A stretch of DNA of 20,710 nucleotides from Octopus sinensis (Eukaryota): contig NW_021824229.1 in NCBI RefSeq assembly GCF_006345805.1, positions 1 through 20,710 of the forward strand. Reading direction: 5' to 3'. Below the pieces are notes generated by a model, which made no database searches, was not told where the DNA came from, and saw only the letters and a program-made list of their open reading frames with translations. This document shows positions 9,694-20,614 of this stretch, in pieces (position 1 is the stretch's first letter; each line of letters starts with the position of its first letter). A program made the position numbers and the translations under genes.

Positions 9694-9844
9694 TATTATT
9701 AAGCTCTATTATTAATTACAATTGTTTCGATACCACCCCCCGTTTCTAACGCCATTGCGCGTAAATGATTCCGTGTGAAAAGTTATGCAACCTTGGCAGT
9801 TTATTATCCATCAGACAAGCATCAAGACGTGTGTTTTCACATCA

Positions 9845-9887
9845 TGTGTGTGAGAGTGTGTGTGTGTGTGTGTATGTGTGTGTGTGT

Positions 9888-9942
<55 letters not shown>
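9845..9942. repeat. (TG)n microsatellite
   Basis: Direct reading. Confidence 0.95.
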
Positions 9943-9947
<5 letters not shown>

Positions 9948-10134
9948 CAAGAAGAGGCTGAAGAAATATATATGAATGTAACTTTTATTAAATTAAAGTT
10001 GTTGTCTTTTTAAGTCTAGAATAAATAGAAAACTTTTTTTAAATCCACCATATTGTCATAAAATGCAGCTTTTGTAGTTCTTTCTACACAATCCACATTA
10101 CAAAACTAATTCTGATTTATTCTGTATCTTCTTT

Positions 10135-10438
10135 GTGTGGAGGCACATGGCCTAGTGGTTAGAGCAGCGGACTCACGGTCGAGGGATCGTGGGTTCGAAT
10201 CTCAGACCAGGCGATGTGTGTGTTTATGAGCGAAACACACAAGCTCCACGCGGCTCCGGCAGAAGGAAATGGCGAACTTCTGCTGACTCTTTCGCCACAA
10301 ATTTCTCTCACTCTTTCCTCCCCCATCTTGCAGCTCACCTGCAATGGACCGGCGTCCCGTCCAGGTGGGGAATCTATACGCCAAGGAAACCAGGAAACCG
10401 GTCCTTATGAGCCAGGCATGATTCGAGAAGGAACAAAC
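10135..10438 (+). mobile_element. SINE family B, subtype 2, full length
   Basis: tggcctagtggttag A-box, ggttcgaatct B-box. Shares about 180 nt of 5' sequence with 6725-7109 but has a different 3' half. TSD atcttcttt at 10126-10134 and 10439-10447. Confidence 0.9.
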
Positions 10439-10721
10439 ATCTTCTTTCTACTTACTCCTTTGGTGCCAACTTCCGTTGGTCAAAAGAATGCTACGTGTGT
10501 ATTCAAATTATAATTTTGACAAGGGATACACTGCGTTCTGTTTCAGAAAGGTAAATAACTGTAAAATTGCTAATACTTTTTGTTTGGGTCATTCTTAACA
10601 ATACGTCCATGTGATTCAATTAATGACTGTTAATATTTGCTTCAAATGACCACTTGGTGGGATGGGGTAAACCGATTTTCTGCCAGTTCGCTGCCCATTG
10701 CTTGTTGCTAGTAATAATGCA

Positions 10722-10936
10722 TAAAGCCAGCGAGCGGGCAGAATCGTTAGCGCGCCAGGCAGAGTGATTAGTAGCATTCGTCCGTCTTTATATTCCGAGT
10801 TCAAATTACTCCGAGGTTAACATTGCTTTTCATTTTTTCAGGATCGATAAAATAAGCACCAGTGGAGTACTGGGGTCGATGTAATCGACTTATAACCTCT
10901 TCCAGAAATTGCTGGCCTTGTGCCAAAATTTGAAAC
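10722..10936 (+). mobile_element. SINE family A (first of a head-to-tail pair)
   Basis: Aligns along its length with 5307-5521. Confidence 0.85.
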
Positions 10937-10955
10937 TAATAATGTTATTTAGGTT

Positions 10956-11165
10956 TAAGGCGGCGAACTGGCGGAATCTTTAGCACACCAGACAAAATGC
11001 TTAGAGACATTTCGTCTGTCGTTACGTTCTGAGTTCAAATTCCGCCGAGGTTGACTTTGCCTTTCATCCTTTCGGGGTCGATCAAATAAGTACCAGTTAC
11101 GCACTAGGGTCAATGTAATCAACTTGCTCCTCTTGAAATTGTTGGCCAAAATTTGAAACCATTAT
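10956..11165 (+). mobile_element. SINE family A (second of the pair), followed by a short third head fragment at about 11175-11200
   Basis: taaggcggcgaactggcgga...gagttcaaattccgccgagg...aaaatttgaaacc. Confidence 0.88.
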
Positions 11166-11614
11166 TAATAATGCTTAATGCAACGAGCTGGCAGAACGCT
11201 ATTGTGTGCAAAAAGTAGCAGACAATGCCATAGAAAATAGTCCGAAAATGTAATTCCTATTGACAATAAAGAATTTCGATAATAATGTAATCATAGAACA
11301 ATCTGTCAGGTAAAAGAAAAAACATGTTCAAACAAAATTGGATGACGTGTTAAATTACTGAAGATTGATTGCTCGCTCCCTCTGTCGCGGCACTTTGGGT
11401 GTGCCATGACAGACATGTCATGGGTCCCGTTAATTAGAAGATTTAGATGTTATTGCGGTCGCTGCAGCAGATATTACTAGCTTTACATATAAGCATGCTA
11501 TCATACCCCTCATTGGAAAACTGTGGCCATTGGAAGGACGTTACAACTTCATCCATTCTTAAAGAGCAGCTAATTCTAAGAAGATTCGTTTACCATTCTC
11601 AGCCGCATCAGTCG

Positions 11615-11760
11615 ATTAATATAACTGACTGGTATTATTATATTTCATTGACCCTGGATGGATGAAAAGACAGATTTGGCAAAATTTGAACTCATAATGT
11701 AAAGGAGGCCAGAACTAAATACTACAAAATATTTTAGCTGACGATCGAACGAATTTGTCA
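11615..11760 (-). mobile_element. Highly degenerate family A-related SINE
   Basis: gactggta...attgaccctggatggatgaaaagaca...aatttgaactc matches the reverse complement of the family A core. Confidence 0.55.
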
Positions 11761-11828
11761 ATCGATCGAGGGCGATTTTACCATTGATGTTTCTTGTTTC
11801 GATAAAACGAAATCAAGTAGCAATTGAA

Positions 11829-12048
11829 TATTGGTTTCGAGTTTCGGCTCAAGGCCAGCAATTTCGGGGCAGAGGATAAATCGATTTCATCGACCCCAGT
11901 GTTCAACTGGACCTCATTTTATCGATACCGAAGAGATGAAAGACAAAGTTGACCACGGCAGAATTTGAACTCAGAACGTAAAGACGGACGATACTCCGCA
12001 AAGCATTTTTTGCCCGACGTGCTAACGATGCTGCCAGTACGCCGCCCT
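11829..12048 (-). mobile_element. SINE family A
   Basis: Reverse complement aligns end to end with 5307-5521 and 10956-11165. Confidence 0.88.
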
Positions 12049-12289
12049 ACTTCCAATCAAATATTTCGATTTGTGATCATGTATTGATCTTGAGCTCATG
12101 TTTTAAAAAAAGTCAGCATTAAACATTAAATGAATGTATTTTTCTTAGGTTTTAATGTGAATTTCTCCCACCCCAATCGTCTCCCACCCCAGTCTAGAAC
12201 GAATGTACGAATGCAGCAAAATAATTCCGTAACCAAATTTTCCTCATAATCGATAAAACAAAAAGGAACAATTTCAACGATGCATGAGA

Positions 12290-12530
12290 CAGCCTCCATA
12301 TTGTCACTTGGTATGCTGGAAATAGCAACCTAAAATCTTCATCAAATCAAATTCCACTGCTTTGAAAAAACGAAAATGGAAGCGAAACACAGATAATGTA
12401 TCCCAAAATACGCACAAAGAAAAAGTCAGGATGGTTACGGTTGGAAAGCTTTGGATAAAAAAGTCTGAGCGATTAGAATTGACCCACGTTTATAAAATCA
12501 CACCAACGACAATAATAACAACAAAGAAAA
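12290..12530 (+). mobile_element. Degenerate SINE-like 3' segment ending in an (aac/aat)n tail
   Basis: gctggaaatagcaacctaaaatc...ggatggttacggttgga...acaataataacaacaa resembles a recalled octopus repeat (unverified). Confidence 0.4.
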
Positions 12531-12711
12531 CCAAAAAAGAAATAAAAGATTATATCCACGTCACGCCACCCTATCAGGGTATCACCAGACTAAAAAATGG
12601 TACAGAGCTGGTAACATAACTATAATGTACTCTGCCGTTAACCAAATCATGTTTGTTCAATTCCCACTTGGTACTACGTAAATATTCCATTTCATTATCA
12701 TTGTTAATTTC

Positions 12712-12721
12712 ATCATCATCA

Positions 12722-12786
<65 letters not shown>

Positions 12787-13055
12787 TGTGCGTGTGTGAG
12801 CGTATGTCCTTGTGTAACCATGTTTTCATTTAATATATGCAAATATATTCTTTGAAGAATCCTATCTCATTAATAAATATATTTGCGTGTATGCGCGTCA
12901 AGACATACATACATATACATATATATATAAAAATATGTATATATATATATATATATATGTATATGTAATATAATATATATATATATATATAATATATATT
13001 ATATATATATATGGATGTATTATCGTATGTATATGAATGTAGTATACATATATAT

Positions 13056-13096
<41 letters not shown>

Positions 13097-13120
13097 TAAT
13101 ATATATATATATATATATTA
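12712..13120. repeat. (ATC/ATT)n at 12712-12785 and (TA)n-rich tract at 12905-13120
   Basis: Direct reading. Confidence 0.9.
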
Positions 13121-13939
13121 TATGCGTGCGTGTGTGTGTGGTGTTACATGCGCATGACTGATGGTGTGTGTGTAGAGACACGGCGGGATGGGATTGCTAA
13201 ATGTTTGTATTGGTGTTGGGATGTAAAGAATTATAAAAAAATTAAAAAAAAGCAATACTTTTACCTTTAGGTTCATTTTTTCGGTTATTTCTTTTTGTTT
13301 TTTTTTCGTATTTATGTGAATTATTACTATTGTTGTCGTTATTAATGTTTTTGTGGCTATTGTTATTATTATTATTAGTATTGTCTTTATTTTTCCTTTT
13401 TTGTTTTTTTTTTTGCTTCCACCGCCACTACTACTACTGCTGCTACTTATTAGATGGACGTCGGTCTGTCGAAGTAAAAGTGAAAGGACAGAGATTTTTT
13501 CCCACCCTCCGACCCCCACCACCTTTCTCTCCGCTCACTTTCCTTCTCTCTCTCTAACTCTCTCTCTCTCTCCCGCTATCTCCCCTTTCTTTGTTTCTTT
13601 CTTTGTTTTTCTCCCCTCTTTTGCCATCAAAGTGTTTTGTCTGATTACCAAACTGCTAATAGCCAATATTCCAATGGGGATAACTAGTCGATCAGAACAC
13701 ACAAAAACAAAAAAAGAACTAAAGAAAACTTACAAACAAATGACGAAAAAAAAAATATTAATAGATAAAACAGCATTAAACATATCAAAAAACCCGTATA
13801 TCAAAAAATATTATACATAAAATGAATAATAAACGGGGAAATATACAAAAAAAATCATTTGCTTTGTCGATGTTTGACAATATCGGGTCGTAAAATAATA
13901 TTGAACGCACACACGCATTCATGCCAGTAAATATACGTG

Positions 13940-13941
13940 TG

Positions 13942-13999
<58 letters not shown>

Positions 14000-14434
14000 G
14001 TATGTATTATGTATGTATGTAGTATGTATATGTATATGTATGTATGTATGTATATATATATGCATATCTACATATACCTATATACATGAACACACATTCA
14101 CACACACGAAATATACATCTATGTATATCTATGATAGTGTTTGTGTGCGTGAATGAGTACTTATGTGTACATATATGTGTGTATGTGTGCGTGAGAGAAA
14201 GAGAGGTGGAAGTTACCTATTATAATCACTTGTAATGTTATTAACCGGTTATTGTTATCTAAAAAGCTTCACTCCAAAGTAATCGCAATAAGATTCTTCC
14301 GCTGTGATGTATGTATATAAGTGCGTATATATATACATGTATGTTATATATATATATATATATTTATTATTATTATATATATATATATATGTATGTATAT
14401 CTATATATATATTATATATATCGATATGTATGTA

Positions 14435-14471
<37 letters not shown>

Positions 14472-14689
14472 TATATGTGTGTATGTATATATATATATAT
14501 ACAATATATATAATACATCATACATACATACATACATACAACATACATACATTACATACATACATACTACATACATACATATAGATGAGATAGACAGACA
14601 GACAGACGAATGGACGGACGGACGGACAGGACACACGACAGACAGACCACAACAGATAGATAGATAGACAGATAGATAGATAGATAGAT

Positions 14690-14726
<37 letters not shown>

Positions 14727-14855
14727 TAGATAGATAGATAGATAGATACTATGTATAAACAAAATGCGTCGAATATATTTTGTATGTATATATCTCTGTA
14801 ATCCCTATCTCTCCCCATCTCTATCCTCTAACCTATATATATATATATAAGATAT

Positions 14856-14900
<45 letters not shown>

Positions 14901-14930
14901 GTATGTATGTATGTATGTATTGTATGTATG
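13940..14930. repeat. Compound microsatellite block: TG, TA, TATG, TACA, GACA, GGAC, GATA
   Basis: Direct reading; all ORFs here are artefacts. Confidence 0.92.
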
Positions 14931-15243
14931 TAATGATGCGCCCGCGTGCGACTCTTATCACTATGTCTGCGTTTGTGTCTGCGGTTTTCTTTGATTAGTA
15001 AGTCTACGTAAAAGGGAGTGGCATAGTCAATCTATGTGGTGCACGCATAGTAAACAATCAGTCAGATATAGATGAAAGCTGTCTCCAATGAAATACGAAC
15101 TCAAAACGTTGGAACGTCAGGTGAATGGAAATCTATTTTGAGGTCAGTAATAGAATCTACGTTGGTCAACATGTAGCAGTATCTCCATGTTTTCACGACC
15201 GGCAAGAAACAGCAGCCATAGTTGCATTAAATTATATTAATAA

Positions 15244-15630
15244 CTAGCAGTATCGCCCGGCGTTGCTCGGGTTTGTAAGGGAAATAACTATATAAGCATT
15301 TTTAGAGATGTAAAGTATAATAGCCATCTCAATATGGTTAAACACAAAGGAGGGGTGTTACTGTAGCTTTTTACGTTCTGAGATTTGATAATAAATTTTT
15401 AGAGAGTTACTTCCTTATATATGCCAAAAATGCATTAAAATAGGAAAAATTGATGGTAATTTTTTTTAAATCGTAGACTCATCGTAGACGCGCGCTAATA
15501 CCCAGAAGGGTCGAATGAATCACGACTATAAAGATACCCGGTTTTGGTTAACGCCGCAAAATGTGGGAGTAGTTAGGAATCTAAAATCGTAGGACAGACC
15601 AGCACACAACCTCCACTTTTATATATAAGA
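15244..15630 (-). mobile_element. Non-autonomous Helitron (387 bp)
   Basis: On the minus strand: A|TC start at 15630, subterminal hairpin cccgagcaacgccggg (15256-15271), and CTAG|T end at 15244. This is insertion between A and T with no TSD, the established Helitron signature. Confidence 0.88.
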
Positions 15631-15812
15631 TGTCCTATAGAAAGAACGCATTATTAGTGTTGTCTGGAGTACGCTATGGTGGAAAACAATTCTAGATGGC
15701 CATATGTGGACTCTCTCTGGTTATGCAACTGCTCCTTCCAGGTAGACCTGGAGTTTTTTTTTTAATCTTGAAATTATTGAAAATGTGGGTTCTTTTAGTT
15801 GTTTTGACTAAA

Positions 15813-15977
15813 GTCGCAGGCGTGGCTGTGATGTAAGAAGCTTGCTTCCCAACAACATGGTTCCGGGTTCAGAGCCACTGCGTGGAACCTTGGGCAACTG
15901 TCTTCTACTATAGCTTCGGTTCAAAGGCTACTGTAGACAGTGAGTGACTTTGGTAGAAGAAAACTGAAAGAAGACCG

Positions 15978-15980
<3 letters not shown>
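15813..15980 (+). mobile_element. SINE family C, 5' half ending in (TA)n
   Basis: cgcaggcgtggctgtg...ccgggttcag...ccttgggcaactgtcttctactatagc...aactgaaagaag. Confidence 0.85.
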
Positions 15981-16008
<28 letters not shown>

Positions 16009-16057
16009 CGCACGCGCGCTCATAACATAAACACTGCTTAGCGCTAATATTTCGTTT

Positions 16058-16096
<39 letters not shown>

Positions 16097-16179
16097 CACA
16101 TATATAGTATGTATATATGTATATATATGTATATATATATTATATATATATAATATATATATTATTATATAATATATAT

Positions 16180-16218
<39 letters not shown>
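15980..16218. repeat. (TA)n-rich tracts
   Basis: Direct reading. Confidence 0.9.
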
Positions 16219-16224
<6 letters not shown>

Positions 16225-16987
16225 CATATATAAAAGGGCTTAGTAAATAAATTACTTTGCACACATACTGAACTCATTAGAAATAGCAGCCAAAAAAGTT
16301 TTTTAGCTATTTCTAATACTAAAGAAACTTCTCTCAGATAGGTTTACTCAGAATAACCCACGAAGGTATGGGGGTAACAAAACATTAAAAAATCACAAGT
16401 GCAAAGATTATTTGAGAACGTACGTTTCTAGATCAGCCAAATAAATTCGACATTTCTTTCGTCAGCCCAAATTTCTTAATTTGGATTTGGAATTATAATT
16501 GTTGAAATTATAATTCATTTCTCTCTGTTTATTGCCTCGGTTTTCACCGCTAAAATATGGTGTTGCTTAGTTTAGCCACGTTGGAGGAGAGGGAGAGCAG
16601 GAATTCTTCGCTTGCATATTTTGAATTTGTTGGCACTGTCAGTTTGAAACGGGTCGTCTGAGGTGTTAAGTCGCCAAAAAGGATATGTTCCTACTTCCAG
16701 TGTTTCCAAATCCAAATTAAGAAAATTTTGGGCTGACCGAGAAAATGTCGAATTTTATTTGGCTGATCTAGAAACGTAACGTTCTCAAATAATCTTTGCA
16801 CTTGTGATTTTTTAATGTTTTTTTACCCCCATACCTTCGTGGGTTGTTCGAGTAGTAAACACTATCTGAGAGAAGTTTTCCTTAAGTATTAGAAATAGCT
16901 AAAAAAACTTTTTTGGCTGCTATTTCTAATGAGTTCAGTATGTGGCAAAGAATTTATTTTCCTAAGCCCTTTTATATAATGTAATAT
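16219..16987. mobile_element. Long-TIR foldback element, copy 2 (769 bp)
   Basis: Arms 16219-16492 and 16704-16987 are reverse complements with scattered mismatches and indels, around a 211-nt spacer. It abuts a (TA)n tract. Confidence 0.9.
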
Positions 16988-17099
16988 TTTGAATTCGCCT
17001 TAAATGGCCTTTTAATACTGAATATTGGTGAAATTGATTAATAACTACGATTCATTTTAATCAAAACTGATACTTGGCATAAACTGAGTGTGTTGGTGC

Positions 17100-17115
17100 T
17101 ATATATATAAATAAA

Positions 17116-17200
<85 letters not shown>
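17100..17200. repeat. (TA)n microsatellite
   Basis: Direct reading. Confidence 0.95.
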
Positions 17201-17202
<2 letters not shown>

Positions 17203-18001
17203 CTTACACGCACGCGCGCACATACAGTAGATAAATTCAAGGAAAATATATACTCTCTATGCAAGTTCATTGTCCCCTCAGCAAAACCACGCTAAGCCAT
17301 CGGATCAGCGCAAATATTTGACAACGTTTCTTACATTTTTCAGAATTTTTTTATTATACCTTCTTCAGATAACTTTTAAATAACGCCATTATGAATCGCA
17401 AAACCACATATAAGATACAGTGTGATGATAGGCAGAAGGAATATGAAGAGATCACGACGATTGCAACCACAGACTAAATTCAGTTTAACCAGCTTGTGTT
17501 GGTTAATTTGTTTATAATACTCATAGCATTTTCTTTCTTTATTTATTTATTCATTTAGTCAATGAATTCTGTCATCAAAACCTCCCTTTACCTTCTGTAC
17601 TTTTCAGAATTCCTGCAGTCCTGTCGTATTACCTGATTATGTTACACACATATATACATATGCACACACAAACACACTCACCATTTATATATGTACATAT
17701 AGATAGATCGATCGATCGATCGATCGATATATATACACATATATATATATAAATAATTAAACAGAAATGAATGTGTGTTGATAGACTTGTGTGTATTATT
17801 GTACATACATATTGTGCATATACTCATGTATCTTTCTGTGTTGAGAGTATATGGTGTATATGTGTGCATACATGTACGTATGTTTGTACAAACCGAAGTT
17901 ATATGTGTATGTATGAAGAAAGGTATACAGAGATGATTAGACCTTACTTTTCGTCACTAAATACAATCACGAAAACTTTATTTCTCCAATAATATAATTA
18001 A

Positions 18002-18054
<53 letters not shown>

Positions 18055-18494
18055 AAGTAAAATAACATTTCGAAAGAAGACCAAATAAATATAAAAGAAA
18101 AGTAGTAGCTACAAAATATAATTTTAAATAAAACAAATTGAAAAGAAAAATAATACAAATTTCGAAAGATAGACAAAATCAACGAAAACAAAAATGGCAG
18201 CCATAAAATTTTAAGCTTTAGAGCGCAAAACAGTAATATTATAACATTAAATAGGGAAGACATATCGAAAAAGACTGTGATCTTGGAAAGTAGTTAAAGC
18301 AAGCAAGACAAAAAAAAATGACAATTAAGAATGAGATTTGATACAACTGTCTCGGTTCCGTCATCAACTCTGTTTTAAAGTCTTTTACACGTTCAGTGTG
18401 TGCACCTGATGGCCAAAACCCAATTATGACAACGAATCTTATTCGCTTTACATTGTTATCTACCAATTGCATTTCTTGCTAGAGGTTCAAAGAA

Positions 18495-18755
18495 GTAGAA
18501 GGGAGACGACGACGACGATGACGAAGATGAAGATGAAGATGAAGAAGAAAAGGAAGATGAAGAGGAAGAAGAAGAAGAAGAAGAAGAAGAAGAAGGAGAA
18601 GAAAGAAGAAGAAGGATCTAGAAGAAGAGAAGAAGAAGAAGAGGAGAAGAAGAAGAAGGAGAGGAGAGAAGAAGAAGAAGAAGAAGAAGAAGAAGAAGAA
18701 AAGAACGAAGAAGAAGAAGAAGAAGAAGAAGAAGAAGAAGAAAGAAGAGAAGAAA
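18495..18755. repeat. (GAC/GAT/GAA)n polypurine tract
   Basis: Direct reading; explains the K/E-rich ORF at 18467-18859. Confidence 0.95.
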
Positions 18756-18876
18756 GGTTATATATACTTTTCTTCTTGTTTCTTGATTATTGTTGTCTTT
18801 CGTGTGTTTTGCTTGCTTTTTGTATACACATACATATATATATACATGTTCATGCATAGATCTATCTATCTATATA

Positions 18877-18908
<32 letters not shown>

Positions 18909-19608
18909 CATGCATAATTATATATAAATGTCTGTGTTGTTATGTGTAATATTATATATATATATATATATATAATATATATATATATATATAATATATA
19001 TATAATACATACCTACATGATGTATGTATGTACGTATTATTTATATGATATATATACTCAAATTGTTGTTAGTTGTATCTGATATATATTTATATAGATA
19101 TGTGTGTACATGTATATATGTATATGTGAGCATTATATATGCAAACTTTGTTGCTTGTTTTATATATTTTTCTTTGGGGTGGATCGTTGTTTTTTGCTTT
19201 TGTTTTAGGATTATTTTTTTTTACACTTTTTCTTTCGACTGTTATTATTATCTTCCTATAATTGATGTGTTTGTTTTTGTTGCTGTTATGATAGTGCAGG
19301 TAGCAATGAGGGCGGCGGTGCTAGCAAATGTGGGGATGTTAGTGGGGTTGATGATTGTCGTAGCAGCGGTTCACCAGTAAACCTTGGATGACATCGTCAT
19401 GAGAGAGAGTATATACTCTTAGTCGTCAGATAGTCCTGAGTTTTTGACATTCTTGATTGGTCCTCAATAGAATGGTTCCTCTTCTTTCAGGATTCTATCA
19501 CACATCTCTATACTGTGTGTACCATTTTCTTTCTCTACCCACCTACCCACTTCCTCAATCATCCGATTCCTATGTTAACTATATGGCTCTTAACAACTAC
19601 GCCATATG

Positions 19609-19750
19609 CCCGTAGGAATGAGAACCCAGGTTCGAAATTTCCCCAAGACACCTGATGATGGCTGGAGGGTATATCAGCCGAAACGTTGTGTTAACAGCAA
19701 ACAAGATGAGGACAAATATCCGTCAAATGTAAATAATGTAAATAATGTAA
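19609..19750 (+). mobile_element. Retroelement 3'-end/pseudo-LTR-like fragment carrying a hammerhead motif and an (aatgtaaat)n tail
   Basis: Hammerhead core followed by aaatgtaaataatgtaaataatgtaa. The left boundary is approximate and based on a recalled consensus. Confidence 0.55.
19647..19692 (+). ncRNA. Minimal type I hammerhead ribozyme motif
   Basis: Stem I gacac/gtgtt; CUGAUGA at 19652-19658; one extra U; stem II ggcug/cagcc; GAAA at 19680-19683; loopless palindromic stem III (AC/GU); GUU cleavage triplet at 19685-19687. Confidence 0.7.
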
Positions 19751-19859
19751 CATCACTTGCCGAGACACGCTCAGCTTTCGTTTTGGGGCGAGCGAAGAAT
19801 AAGAGATGTTACAGTTTGAAAGTTTGGGGAGGGGAAGTGGCAAGGGTGTATATATAGAT

Positions 19860-20097
19860 ATATATATATATATATGTACGTGTGTGTATATGTTTGTGTG
19901 TCTGTGTTTGTCCCCCCAACATCGCTTGACAACCGATGCTGGTGTGTTTATGTCCCCGTAACTTAGCGGTTCGGTACAAGAAACCGATAGAATTAGTTCT
20001 AGGCTTACAAAGAATAAGTCCTGGGGTCGATTTGCTCAACTAAAAGGCAGTGATCCAGCATGGCCGCAGTCACATGACTGAAACAAGTAAAAGAGTA
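19860..20097 (+). mobile_element. SINE family C, 3' half (5'-truncated)
   Basis: Reverse complement of 9297-9510 (gtttgtcccccc...cttagcggttcgg...gactgaaacaagtaaaagag). Confidence 0.88.
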
Positions 20098-20167
20098 AAC
20101 CCCCACACTTTATGTCTGTTTTTGTATTGTCCCATCATCCTTCGCCCTAGTAGCAAATTTAAAAAAT

Positions 20168-20218
20168 CATTATTATTATTGTTGTTGCTGTTGTTGTTGT
20201 TGTTGTTGTTATTATTAA

Positions 20219-20252
<34 letters not shown>

Positions 20253-20289
20253 GTTGTTGTTGTTGTTGCTGTTGTTGTTGTTGGTGGTG

Positions 20290-20342
<53 letters not shown>

Positions 20343-20426
20343 ATTCAGTATTTATTTTTATAACGTGCTTTCACTTCACTACCGAGCGTGTGCCTTGGGT
20401 ATGTGCTGTGATTTGTTGTGATGCTC

Positions 20427-20458
<32 letters not shown>

Positions 20459-20520
20459 GTTGTTGTTGTTGTTGTTGTTGTTGCTGTTGTTATTATTAGT
20501 ATTATTACTATTATTATTAC

Positions 20521-20586
<66 letters not shown>

Positions 20587-20612
20587 TGTTGTTTTTGTTA
20601 TTGTTGTTATCA
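20168..20612. repeat. (TTA)n/(TTG)n microsatellites (20168-20343, 20427-20612)
   Basis: Direct reading; explains the poly-Leu and poly-Ile ORFs. Confidence 0.95.
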
Positions 20613-20614
20613 TA

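Noticed and set aside
13353-13820. 155-aa ORF
   Set aside because: Built from low-complexity T-rich, CT-rich and A-rich tracts with no recognisable domain.
17320-17372. Minus-strand CTGAAGA...GAAACGTT hammerhead-like motif
   Set aside because: No credible stem II or stem I pairing.
18050-18275. Recurrent tcgaaag motif as a spaced repeat or CRISPR-like array
   Set aside because: The motif is short and irregularly spaced in A-rich eukaryotic DNA, with no constant repeat/spacer structure.
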